From NCBI GenBank assembly GCA_021432655.1, contig MU271464.1, positions 1 through 60,099 of the forward strand: DNA of 60,099 bases, read 5' to 3'. Below, one piece after another: positions 1 through 11,757 of this stretch. The notes under the pieces were generated by a model. That model made no database searches, was not told where the DNA came from, and saw only the letters and a list, made by a program, of their open reading frames with translations. The translations under genes were made by a program, and so were the position numbers. The stretch's first letter is position 1, and the number at the start of each line of letters is the position of its first letter. The DNA comes from Atractiella rhizophila. Taxonomy: Eukaryota.

Positions 1-34
1 CTAACCCTAACCCTAACCCTAACCCTAACCCTAA
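1..34 (+). repeat. Telomeric repeat tract (CCCTAA)n, left chromosome end
   Basis: Window opens with ctaa(ccctaa)x5, the C-rich strand of the canonical TTAGGG telomere. Confidence 0.97.
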
Positions 35-1391
35 GGGGGATTGCAACTGTAGCAGGTAAACAAAAGACAACACCAAGTGAGATTTACTGTGGAGCAAAAA
101 GTAGATAACTCTAGTTTCATCCCAACCAATGAGATAAAGACATTTTATGGTGCCCAGGCTCGATAATTGGATCAAAACAGATCTGGACGCTTCTGTGGAG
201 GGATACGACAGCTTGACCTCAGAAATTCGTGGTTGAAACAGCTTGATAGTAGCCAAGAGTTGAAGGGGATCAATTTCCGCCTTGCGATCATCAGAATCGT
301 AATTGAACCGATACCACAACCTTTGGAAAACGGGAGACTGAGCAAAGAAGCGGAGCTTGCTGCTCCCAGTTTCTGGCTCATTTGCATAATTCGACAGTTG
401 TTGGCACCACTTTCGACAAACCAATCGATATGTCCAAAAATTTCTATATGACGAGTGCAGATACAGACACTGGAAGATGAGGTCCATAATTTCGAGAGGT
501 ACCAAAGAAATTGGAGAAAAGGTGCCTGCTGTTGATGGTCCATGTAAAGAAGAGCGGCATTGGTGAGTCGACTCAATGACCCAATGGTCGGCTTCTCGAT
601 GAATAAAATAAGGGCGGAGGCTTAAATATGTTGACTGCCAGGGACCATTAGGACTGAATGAGCTGCTCCGATAAAAGGAGGAGAAAAACCTTGCTTCGTC
701 GAAATCTGGTTGAACAGAACTTGGACTGAACTCCGTGTCCACAATGCCGAGACGGACTTCAGAGTCATCGAAACCTATAAAAAAGTCAAGGGAGTAAGAC
801 GTAGGCCTGTCAGCAGTATCCGGTCCGATATGAAAACCAAATCCTTTGGTTTTAACACTCGCACTTGCTCGAAGGTCAAAAATTCGTGAAAAAGACTTTG
901 CGACGGAGCTGATATATCGTGGGAGATAAATATGTTTAACATGCGAGCACCGGCTAGGGTTACAAATGATTTGCTTAAAAATATAGTCAGATGATTTCCA
1001 CAACCCGTCCCTCCTGCCAGTGTGCTTGGCGCCACGGCTTGACGAAACGACTTAGCTTCATGCCAGTTGGCTGGAAATCAACGCACATGTCTTCCCATCC
1101 TGCTCTTGGTTATCTAAAACCAAGGCACCTGTCGCAAAAGTCTGATCAATCTGATTTTGCATCTCTGCCTCTACCTTTGTGGCATTGGTGGACGAACGCG
1201 GTCACAAAAGGCAAGCTGCCCCTGAGGGTATCAAACCTTTTTCCAGCGGCCTTGCGCAAACCCACCAGTTTGCTCAAATTTCTCCCAAGCGAATCAAAAT
1301 CTTCATTCACATCAGACCTGTCATCTGCTTCCTGGCGCAAGCCAGTCCTCATATGAGCCTGTGTCCAGAGCGTCATCCTCGTGACCTGCAT
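35..1391 (-). mobile_element. Probable highly degenerate non-LTR retrotransposon 3' portion, joined by its 3' end to the telomere
   Basis: Minus-strand translations give short motifs in the same order as the LINE at 5996-7173: RCLGF~RYLGM (1130-1116), CGNH~CGNA, FI..LFH, TGL, LTNAALL~LVDRVLL, CIC..GH~CSC..GH, PFNSWLLSSCFNH~FPNSSILDSLIAH. Both end in cctgc...aatccccc. Many stops and indels, each match is weak, and the 5' limit is unknown. Confidence 0.4.
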
Positions 1392-2211
1392 TTAGCCAAC
1401 ACTCCGAATAACAATAAATTTATTCTGCTCATTTTCGCTGACACGAACCGGCAGAGTGACTTTGACGTTTTTACATCCGATTTTCATCTATTTTGACGGA
1501 TTTTGGTCGCACTCCATCCAATCATTCGACTTCTTGCATCTTTTCAGGACCCGCTAGACGCTTTCACTTCCTCCCGTGGTTCCTTTGTATCAGTGTTCAG
1601 TCAACTCCACAACAATGTTACTCACCTTGGCATAGGTGTTGGCGTGCCTAAAACCCACGTAGATCCATGCGCGAATTTCGCCTCAGGCTCTGGACCTTGT
1701 TTTCCCCTTGTCGGTGTGACGAGTCGAAATTGGCAGCAGACTGTACCTAGAGGAGCAGGCTTAGGATGGAACAACACGGGCCGCGCTCGCAAGTCGTGCT
1801 TCCTTCCGAAATCTTCCTCGCTCCAATTTCTGCCCTGCCGATTCCAAGTTCAGGCCTCCGCCCTGCCTGACGCGGTGAAACCACCTTTGTGCTGTCGTTG
1901 CCGGCTGTTTTTGCTCACTCTTCGACGAATACGGCAGTCTGTTAATTAGTTTCGATTGAATTTGAACTGGACTGACTTGGATGGAGGTCATGGAATCCAT
2001 GGAAAGGTCAGTTTGTGACCTTGTCATGACACACGGTTCATAAATACTGCCTCTCTTCAACCCTTCCATCCATGGTCCATCTTCGCTCTTGCTAGTTTCT
2101 CTGCTTCCTAATAAACAGCTCGAGGTCTTTATTACCCACTTCAGCTCACAGAGCACATCCTCTTCCCACACTTTTCCAACCTTATTATCAAAGACAATTT
2201 CGATAGCAACA

Positions 2212-3107
2212 ATGTCAGATCCTGAAAGGGAATCACCTGTGGACGAGAAGAACACTGAGATTGAGAATGCGAAACACACTCAGGGTCCCTCGGAAGTAGA
2301 GAAGGAGACTATTGAGGACGAGAAGAAACCTGCAGAAGAGAAGAAGCGTAGGTTCGACGTGAGTTTCCACTCAACACGTCCCTTTTCATTTGGCGGAGTT
2401 AAAATCCATGATTTTTCCATTGCGAACAGAAAACGTTTGAGAGTAAAGAAAAAGGTCCCAAGCACACACTTATCGATATATCGCGGATCGAGCCGAAGGC
2501 TGAGGACTTGTACGATAAGGAAAAGGTTGATTTGGAGCAGGTGGGGATGGATGACGTGTGGCAGTTGCTCCAGTGAGTTTCCGTTCATCATTCTTTTCGC
2601 AAGAAATGGGAATGGGAGAGTTATTTTTGGTCTCGGTCATTGTTGGTCAATGTGGTCATGATGATTTCCCTTTTTGTGTTTAGATGCGACGAGAAGGGAT
2701 TGACGAACGAGGAGGTCAAACCTGAGGTCAAACGTCGAACCGAAATCTTCGGACCAAACGAGCTGGAGTCGAAGGAACAGAACGCTTTCCTCCAATTCCT
2801 TTCATTCATGAGGAACCCTCTCTCCTGGGTCATGGACGGAGCCACTTTAGTCGCCATCGCTCTCTCGAACGGCGGAGGTAGCGCTCCGGATTGGCAAGAC
2901 TTCGTCGGAATTGTCCTTCTCCTTTTCGTTAACTCAACCATCGGTTTCTACGAAGAAGGCTCCGCCGGGAGCGCTGTCAAAGCTCTCATGGAATCTTTGG
3001 CTCCTAAGGCGAAGGCGAAGAGGAACGGCGAGTGGAACGAAATCGAGGCTTCTGAGCTTGTACCTGGAGACGTTGTTTCCTTCAGAAGCGGTGACATTGT
3101 CCCCGCG
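2212..3107 (+). pseudogene. PMA1: Plasma-membrane H+-ATPase (P3A) 5' fragment: N-terminus, TM1-2 and start of actuator domain only
   Basis: Spliced reading (introns ~2359-2429, 2574-2683) gives KAEDLYDKEKVDLEQ...FGPNELESKEQNAFLQFLSFMRNPLSWVM...PDWQDFVGIVLLLFVNSTIGFYEE..AVKALMESLAPKAK...LVPGDVVSF.SGDIVPA, then homology stops. No TGES or DKTGT motifs. Normally conserved residues are substituted (FMRNP for FMWNP, EEGSAGS for EERNAGN). Confidence 0.9.
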
Positions 3108-5116
3108 TCTATGCTACCACTCGAAGGGCGGCCTACTGACATGAAGAAGGCGGAACTGTTTTGGAAGTTTAAAATTGGCGTTGTCCCGTTTCGTGATCCT
3201 CCCGAAGAGGCCGACGACGACGATGCAGCGGCAGCGGCAGACGAAAACAACACCGAGAAAATCGATACCGAAGGCGACGGCGACGGCGCTGACGAGGGTG
3301 ATACCTACCAAGTCGACGCAAGCGAAGATGATGCATACGAAGTCGACGCATATGAAGAGGATGCGTACGAAGTCGAGGAATATGAGGATGATGCATACAG
3401 GGACAATCCGGCTGCCGACGATACCATCGAAGAACTGGATTCTCTAAACAACTTTGAAAATCCAGCCGAGAAGGCAGCGGAGATCCGTGGGCAAAATAAC
3501 GATTTACAACGCTGTCATCCAAAGTCTCCAACACAGGACTCGCGTCTTTTCCATTTATGTTCGTGGAAAAACAGCTCGCCTTCTTTGCCACTCTCGCGCT
3601 GGCACACTCGTCACCACGCCTTTCAACTACAACGAGGACTCATATCTGCATCGATTTTTGTTTCGGTACACGCGCGCTACCAGAACCCAACGGGGGCACG
3701 ACGATACTTACAGGAAACCGAGCAACCCTGTAGAGGAAAGAGAAGCGAGGCTCAACCTTGGGATCAAGGATGACGACGAGCTTTACGTCGTTGACATCGG
3801 TCCATCCAGATACTACGTCTCGACCCCATTCACGAGCTTTCACGTATTTCCTGTCGGTCGTGGTACGAAATGCTTCTACGCCTATTGCCCTGGTCGAGAT
3901 GAACTTGTGCTTTTTAAGGACACCTGGAGGAAGATGCAGTACGAAAAGGAGGGAAACACGCTTCGAATGTTAAACCTTGCAAATATCCCTAACATCCCGA
4001 CTGTTCTCGACGAGTGCGATATCGAGGGCTACTTCCAAACGATCGAGGCACCTTTCGGCCAAGCCATGCAACATTACGTTCAGGTTACTGACGAGATCGG
4101 ACGCCCTCTTTCTTCGTTCAAGTCTAGCTGGGAAATGATCAATGCTGTTTGTGACGCTATCTTAGGCATGTTTTTCTTCTGTTTTATTGCTCCACTGACC
4201 GGAACACAGCTCACAAACTCGCTTGGGAGATGACCAATATTTTACACCGGGACATTTCATCGGGAAATATCCTGATTTATGATCTACCAAGATCTGACGG
4301 CGAGCCGGCAAGATCTCAAGGGCTTCTGATAGATTTGGAGATGGCAAAAACAGAGTCATCAAATTCGTTACCGCGGACGACTGAACGTACTGTACGTTCG
4401 CTCCTGTTTTCAACGCGAAGCGTTTCTGAACTGTGGGACATTAAGGGTACCCATCAATTCATCGCTCTCGAACTATTGAATCCAGGTCGCATCAAGCATG
4501 GACCCCAGCACGACCTCGAATCATTCATCTATGTCTTACTTTGGATCACAATACGGCACGCCAAATGTGGACCATCTATGGGAGAGGATGACAAGCGTAG
4601 CGCGCTCGAATTTTCGACAGGAAGAGCACGATGGCAAAAAGTCGCGCAGCGAAAAAAGAGCTTCTCGCGTCCTCCTCTCGCGTGACACTCCTAGCTCTAG
4701 AGACGTCAGGACTGCACGACGCTCTCGAGGCAATCTGGCTGCCCTTCCAAGCTCATATGCAGGCTATCCGACTTGGAAGGGCCGATCAACTCAACAGCAG
4801 CATCTTGACGCATTCTGTTTTGATCGAAAAGCTTTCATCCAGCCTTGAAAGTATCGATTGGAAACAGACAATGGATCCTGCTATAATTTACGTTATGCTG
4901 AAGCGAAAGAGGAAGGATGCAGACGAGGATGGAGAAAGGGAGAGGAAGCGATTACGGAGCCGTGCTGGAAGAAGTGGTGAGAATGGCGGTGGACAAAGGC
5001 TTGCCAGGATTGTCCAGGCTGAGAAGAGTGCTGCAAGTGGTCGAACGAAAAGAAGGAGTGGGGTGAGAGAGGTAGAGGACAGAGGTGGGAGAACTGGATT
5101 GAGGAGTCAAGGATGA
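3108..5116 (+). pseudogene. Fungal-type protein kinase (FunK1 / Pkinase_fungal), 5'-truncated and frameshifted
   Basis: Family motifs ELFWKFK..PF.D, RGQ|ITIY..QHRTRVFS..ARLL..RAG, RGHDDT, LFKDTWR, GRPLSSFKSSWE, ILHRDISSGNILI, GLLIDLE, GTHQFIALELL, HDLESFIYVLLW. Frameshifts at AAAA 3493-3496 and TTTT 4611-4614. Introns ~4166-4209 (GC-AG) and ~4393-4445. Confidence 0.85.
3299..3399 (+). repeat. Coding tandem repeat encoding an acidic DAYEV/DAYEE tract
   Basis: Imperfect 15/30-nt period (gatgcatacgaagtc-gacgcatatgaagag-gatgcgtacgaagtc...) inside the kinase N-terminal region. Confidence 0.75.
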
Positions 5117-5330
5117 ACGATCGTGACAGCGCCTTCGCTTCTCACATTCAATATGATTTTGATGTATTTCATTCTGCAAGCCATCCACAGCTTTACTCCT
5201 CCTACAGCTTTACTCCTCCTACATTTCTTGTTGATGATTCTATAGCACGGATCATCAAGTTCGTCACAACATCAGTGTGCTTGAACGAGCCAAGGACGAC
5301 GCTTAGCTGCAACGATTGATGTGCTTTCAG

Positions 5331-5995
5331 GTCAATGTCCCTTGGATTACTGACCCTGATGAGATCATCGTCCAGTAGGTCTACCCTAGGCTGTCTCGTC
5401 CATGTGCCACGCACTGCTGTATGTTGCTGGCGACATTTAGGCGGTTTGCCCCTTCTTTCTTTTTCTTTCATATCACCGAAAGCGGTGCTGATCCATCGAT
5501 AGTAGGGCCAAGGCTGTCTCGCTCAATCCTACCGATTGGAAGAGGGCACATGAATCATTTGCTGGTACTTTCTCTTTCATCCGCTCGCATGTCATTCGAT
5601 CTGATCGTCTTTTAAACCACAGAATACCTGAAGTCGGAAGGTGCGCTTGTGTGGAAGATTCCCGAGGGACTATCTTCGTCTTTCGAAGAGGCGGCAGCTA
5701 TGGGAGAAAGTTCTCAACATACTGCCTTCATGATGATGTTCCTAAGCGATTCTCCTCTCCCAAGGCCCGACAAGCCCATCAGCGAGGAAAGATCTTTCCC
5801 CCTTCTCATCTAGGCTGGTACCACTGCTTGTGGTATTTACTGCATTCAATACGCCAAGGTGCGCCCTCTACAGAACTTAGCGAAGTCTGCTGGACTTCAA
5901 GGTTGTCACCACCGCTTCCCCAGTTAAACATCAACTTTTGAAGGGTTACAGCGCAGACGCTTGCTGCGACTACGACGACCCTGAAGTTGTCTCGA
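5331..5995 (+). pseudogene. Medium-chain dehydrogenase/enoyl-reductase-like (ToxD/YLR460C family) gene remnant
   Basis: Spliced pieces: KAVSLNPTDWK (5500-5532), EYLKSEGALVWKIPEGLSSSFEEAAAMG, AGTTACGIYCIQYAK, FKVVTTASP..HQLLKGYSADACCDYDDPEVV. Internal segments are missing and the gene is cut by the LINE. Confidence 0.75.
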
Positions 5996-7173
5996 GAAGG
6001 AGAAGGACTGGCCCAAAGCCAGGATCAGCTCAATTTGGTTAGTGACTGGTCTGATCGGAATGGAATGAAGCTCAACATCCCCAAATGCAAGGTTGTTGCT
6101 CCCTTCCCTGTCTCAGTCATCGTCAATGGTCTTCAGCTCCAGCAGGTCACCTCTGCAAGGTACCTTGGCATGTCGCGGGGTCCAGATGGTATCGATTTCA
6201 AAGGTTGGCTTTTGGAGAAGTCTGACAAGCAGGACAACTTCCTGAGGAGCCTCCAGGTTTGTGGGAATGCTTGGAGTGAAGTGATCCGCCTTGCAATCTA
6301 CCGCACCTTTATTCGGCCAATCTCAGACTATGGCGGCGGTCTTTTTCATTATTGGATTCTAGCCGACGAGCGCCGTCGCTCCTCATCACCTGCAATGCTG
6401 GCGGCGTCCCGTCACTTCAAATCGGCTGCTTCTTGGATTGTAGGGGTTTCACAGGACCGATGGAAACTGGCCTCGTCCATGACAGGCTTACTCCCGCCTT
6501 GTGAACGCTTTCGTCAACTCGGAGCAGGTCTTACTGCCCATCTCCGCTCCCTTTCTCGCTTCAATCCTGCCCTCCCTCTCGTCATCTCTCCCTGGACGGC
6601 TCCTCCTTTAACCTTCTGCATTGTTCCTCACATTCAGTCCTGTGAGCTATACGCTCGCTTTCTGACCGTGCAAGCAGATGAGGAGGCTAGCAATGGCTAC
6701 GTTCTCTCCCTTCAAACCTTCCTTCGTCGCGAACGGCTTCGCCTCCTCGGCTAGCTCATTGGTGGCTTAGGTTCCCTTGTCTCACTGGCTCAGAGGACGG
6801 CGTCCTTGGTTGACAGGGTCCTCCTCATCCCCGACATCAATCTACGACGTTTGGCCATCAAGTGGCGCGCTGGCCGCTTCGGATTCAGCCGAACCTGCTC
6901 CTGTGGTCTCCCTTTCTCTCGCGGCCATGTTCAATGTTTGATTGCATCCCTCGGTTTCTTATCTTCTGTTGACTGCCCTTTCACGGATCTCTCCCAGTTC
7001 TCCTCAGTTCCTCTACCTTCTTTCCCCAATTCTTCAATCTTAGATTCTCTCATTGCTCATAGAGATAACTCATTTTCTTCCATTGCTTATCAAACCCTCC
7101 TTTGTCTGGTTCAACTTCCTTAGTTCATAACTGAGCCGTAGTCATTCCTGCAAATTCACTCTTAATCCCCCCC
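5996..7173 (+). mobile_element. 5'-truncated non-LTR retrotransposon (end of RT, thumb region and C-terminal Cys/His motif)
   Basis: QLNLVSDWSDRNGMKLNIPKCKV, RYLG, RLAIYRTFIRPISDYG, C-terminal CSCGLPFSRGHVQC. One in-frame TAG at 6752-6754. ORF ends at 7123, followed by a short 3' UTR ending in a C-run rather than poly(A). Confidence 0.88.
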
Positions 7174-8034
7174 TCAAAGTGAAGGCCATTTTACCCGTCA
7201 AGAAAGGCTACCGAGGAATGACGGACGGGCGACAGCCATCCGCATGGACATCAGTCGAAACTCCGATGAATACTTACATCACCACCTGCTTCCCAACGTC
7301 CGTCATGATCAACTGTCACGATCAATCTGAGAAGGCTAATGATGTGAATACGCCAGAAGGTCGCTGGCAGGCAAGGGTGGCCCTACCTTAGTTCCAGACT
7401 TTTACTTTTGGCACTTTTAGACTTTCAGCACTTCGCTCTGCAAAAGCGGTGTTTGCATCAATTTGACTACAGCTGTAATCGTGATAGAGGAAGAGAGTTG
7501 TGTGTAGCTGGGAAGGCGGTAGTAGTCAAATTTCCAGGAGGCAAAAGAGCCATTATCCATGGTGGGAGATCAGTAGTGCATTAGCAGCATCGCGGAGATC
7601 GAGCGGCGGAAGGAGGAAGCGTTGAATCATTTCGAGGAGGAGCGAGAAAGCATTGAATCATTTCGAGGAGGCGAAGGAGCTCTCATCGATGGTGGATCAG
7701 CAAGGTGAACCCCACTGCATTTGCAGCATCGCGGAGATCAAACAGCGGAAGGAGGAAGCGTTGCGAGTTGAGGGAGATGGAGTGGGGCGGACCCATTGAC
7801 TCGAGAGCTGTTCTGGATGAACCTTAGTGCATTGCGTGTCTGTTGGTCACGGACATTGCGCAGTCTTAAAAGAGAGCGATCATCGATCGTCTTGGATCAT
7901 CCAGTTCAGATTTCCTCGCTCCAGCCTCTCCTACAATAAAAGCAAAAGAGACTGGAAGTTGTAGAGTCAAGATGAGCCAAACCGTCAAGAAGAGCCTGAA
8001 CTTTTCCGCGATTCATTGAGTGAGTAACTATCGG

Positions 8035-8462
8035 CGCGAAAAATCCCACGGAATTTTAAGGTGATAAGAAGATAAGATCTCAAAGATTGCGGTTAACAGA
8101 CGTAATCCTTAACAAAGGTGCCTGTATGCAACGTGCACCATCCACATGCATATGATATCTTGTTGTCCAAGGTAATCTGGAAGAATTGCGCGGAAGCATG
8201 TGGCAGAGTCAGGATATGAACTGTAAAATGAGCTGAAGCAAAATACTTTTTCCAAGGACAAGGACAAAGCGAGATATGTCTCCTGAAATAGAATCGAATT
8301 ATGATCTCAAAAAAGCTGCTGATCAAATATAATAATAATTGGAGATCGATTTTGTCTGGTGGTCGTATGGCACAGGAATTCTGTGACGAGAAACTAACGA
8401 GGAAAGCACAAGAAGAAGGAGGTAGATGAGGTCGACTCGCGATGAAAGAGACGACCTCCCCG
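8035..8462 (+). repeat. Left arm of long inverted repeat; upstream region of the sugar transporter
   Basis: 8102-8462 is the reverse complement of 16792-17148 (roughly 90% identical by eye, several small indels). Weaker similarity extends to ~8035/17226. Confidence 0.95.
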
Positions 8463-8533
8463 AAAGCTTTAAAGGCACTGAGCTTCTCCTCGATTTTTTT
8501 TTCCTCACCCACAACTGAGGGAAGCATCACGGT

Positions 8534-11405
8534 ATGGCAACGTTGTCACAAATCGTCTCAAGGACCTCTATCGACCCGCCGCGCCCTGCCCTAGCTACTG
8601 AATTGGTGGGCTTCACTTTATCTTTTTTACTTGAGGTTCCTTTCTGACTTTGTAGCCTCACAGGGTCAAGGCAGTACCTTTGGTTCTCCATATGTGTTCG
8701 TTTTGAGTTTTGTCAAGCCGCTGCTTCTGAAAGATGTGGACTCGACAGTGTAGGCGTCGCGGTGTTCGCATCGCTTGGAGGACTGTTGTTTGGTTATGAT
8801 CAAGGTGTTATATCCAATGTCATCGTGAATCAAGTTCGTTCACTCTTTGTTCATAGATTCTTCCCCCCAAATCTCATCTGTGACTTCAGAGTTTCGGCTC
8901 CTATTTTCCTAAAGTCTTCACGGACCCCGATACCAAAGGATGGGTTGTTTCGATTCTGGAGTTGGGTGCCTGGTGAGTGGTCTTTGTTCTCTCTTGCCTA
9001 GCGATTGAGCTGACGGCAGCATCCAGGTTGGGAGCGTTGTTGATGGGTTACATCTCCGACAGATTGGGAAGAAGAAAGTCCATCATTGTTGCTGGTAAGT
9101 AGACTCTCAACAATGAAGCTCTCTGACTTTGCTCTCACAGTTTTTATTTTCTTACTTGGCTCTGCACTGCAAACCGCCGCCCCGAAGAGTCAGGACGCGT
9201 ATTTATTTGCTGGGCGTTTCGTCGCCGGTTTATCGTCAGTTTCTCATTGTGACTATTATTTAGTGTTGCTCACGGATGAGAGCAGGATCGGAATGTTGGG
9301 TATGTCGTTCCTCTTTGTCAGTTCCCAGCTAACTTAGGAGCGTCAGCTATGGTTGTGCCAGGTGTGTTTTTAAGCCTTTATTTTTACAATGATGACTGAC
9401 GTTGCCATAGCCTATCAATCCGAAATCGCGCCAGTCCATTTAAGGGGAACACTTACTGCGTTGCAACAATTCAACATCACGTGCGTCTTCCTCATCCTCA
9501 TCTACCACTGCTGATAATCGATTTCAGTGTTGGGATTCTGGTAAGCCACCATGTCGCAAGATAAATCAGTACTAACGCACCTCTTCTAGTTGGCCTTTTG
9601 GATTTCATGTTCGTCCAACGATTTTCGTTTTAGCTGCTTTTGAGAAGCGACTACTTAGATGGGACTCATTTCATTGGAGGGATAAACTGCACCAATATCG
9701 GTAGGTGATCCAATTAAATATTTGTATTCGACAGGTTTGCATGGACTCATTGTCTGGTCTAGACTTTAATCAGGCTGAGGTTGATTGTCCTGGATTTGGG
9801 AGACTGGATCCCGCGTATTGTGCTGAAAAAATTGGTGTACGTGGAATTCTTTCAAGACCAAGCATACCTGAACTCTTTGGGAAAGTGCGTTGGTCAACAC
9901 ACCGCTAGCTGGAGGATTCCTTTAGGTGTTCAGCTCCTGCCCGCCTTGATCCTCGGAAGTTCGTTATTTTCTTGTCTCCGTAGTCCCTTCCTCATAGTTG
10001 TTTTAAGCTGGAATTCTGTTCTTCCCGGAAAGTCCCAGATGGTTGATGGGCAAGCATCGAGATGAGGAAGCCATCCAAGTCCTCTCGCGCCTCCGGCGGC
10101 TTCCCAAAGACCACAGAGTGATTCAGCTCGAGTACAAGCAAATAAAAGCTGCCGTTATGCTTGACGAAGAGAGTGAAAGAGATAGATATCCACACTTGTT
10201 GGATGGGTCCAGAAAGTCCGAATTCAAACGTGGAGCGTTGAAGTATGTGGATCTTATTCGCAGGAGACCTTGGCTCCACAGAGTGCGTATTTTACCAGAT
10301 TCAAAAATTTGGGTTAACAATCGCGAGCAGGTCTTTTTGGGATCTGCCATCAACTTTTTCCAACAATTCACAGGTATCAATGCGATTGTCAGTTCAGGTC
10401 ACTTGTACGGTCGAATATCATTTCTGACATGATTGGTAGATCTACTACGCTCCTACCATTTTCGCGTCTGTCGGTCTCTCAGGAGAAAGCACCAGCATTC
10501 TCGCAACCGGCGTCGTCGGAATCGTGAATACCCTGTCCACCATTCCTGCTGTCCTGTGGGTCGACAAATGGGGAAGAAGACCTATTCTTCTCGTCGGGTC
10601 CTTGGCTATGTTGGCTGTCACGTTGGTAAATATGTCTTTGAATATTGCGTACGAGGATAGCTGGAGCTCTCACAAAGCTGCTGGTTGGGCCGCTGTGACA
10701 ATGGTTTGGCTGTTCATCGCCAACTTTGCATACTCCTGGGGGTGAGTGGCTTTCTTTTCTATTTTTCTCAGCCTGACCAAATGTTTGCTCTTAGGCCTAT
10801 GGGTGTATGTTTTCGACTTTCGTGACTACATTACGAGTGACTCAATTGTGAAACAGTGGATCTATCCTGCCGACATCATGCCAGTCTCCATTCGAAGTCA
10901 AGCTCTCTCCATCACGACCTCTGCTAACTGGATGTGCAACTTCATTATTGGTGCGTAGTACTTACAAAAGTGACATGATCTCTAATTCTGCTTCAGGGCA
11001 AGTCACACCGAGAATGATCAAGAACTTGAGATGGGGAACGTACCTGTTTTTCTCCGTCTGGCTTGCGTTGTATGTCCCTTTCAGTGACAATGAATGTCGT
11101 ATTGATGATCTGCTTAGGAGTGTTGTCTTCGTCTATTTCTTCGTCCCCGAAACGCGCGGGAGATCCATTGAAGGTCCGTACTTGCTATCATTATTCGCAC
11201 TCACATTTATTCGACTTCAGAAATCGACGCAATTTTCAGAGATACAACCGCGGCCGAAGACGAGGAAAGGAGAAAGAGAATTCATCGAGAGTTGGGTTTG
11301 GAAGAGTCTTCTGATGCACTTGACACTCACATCAAAGAAAAGAGCGACGACGACAATGTATTGGAAAAGAACTTGAAGCAAGAGGGTCAACAAGAATTTG
11401 CTTGA
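8534..11405 (+). CDS. MFS sugar-porter family monosaccharide transporter (~20 introns)
   Basis: FASLGGLLFGYDQGVIS, SDRLGRRKSI, AGRFVAGL, YQSEIAP.HLRG.L..LQQ, WRIPLGVQ, PESPRWL, FFQQFTGINAI.YY, VDKWGRRP, FAYSWGP, NWMCNF, FVPETRGRS.EEID. Stop TGA at 11403-11405; start inferred. Confidence 0.93.
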
Positions 11406-11757
11406 AAAATATGTACGTCGTATGGTTAACAAATAGTTTGGTGGACATGTCGTCTATTGTTGGGTTCTTAACTTGAATTGTAATTGTATCTTACTACTGA
11501 TTGTGACTGGGTTTCTCAATACGTATAAAAGAAGATAAATTTCAATGGAATTGAACTCCCACAAGTTTTGTAACAGAAAAATATTACGTTGTGACGTGCA
11601 TTTTGTGAACCATGAAGAGGACGAATTCTGCTCAACGACCAATGTAGTTATTGGTGTTTAAGGCTTCAACCTAGCACACAACACATGGTCAGCAACGAAC
11701 AGCTCAAGACTTGAAGAAACAAAATATGATCACATCTTCATGTTCATAATCTCTTCC

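Noticed and set aside
5968..5980. DYDD as a possible RT YADD motif upstream of the LINE ORF
   Set aside because: Better explained as the MDR motif (AD...DY.DP), in frame with the preceding MDR exon.
8093..8530. 145-aa minus-strand ORF and matching ORFs at 16653-17301
   Set aside because: These are translations of the inverted-repeat arms. Non-triplet indels between the copies show no coding constraint.
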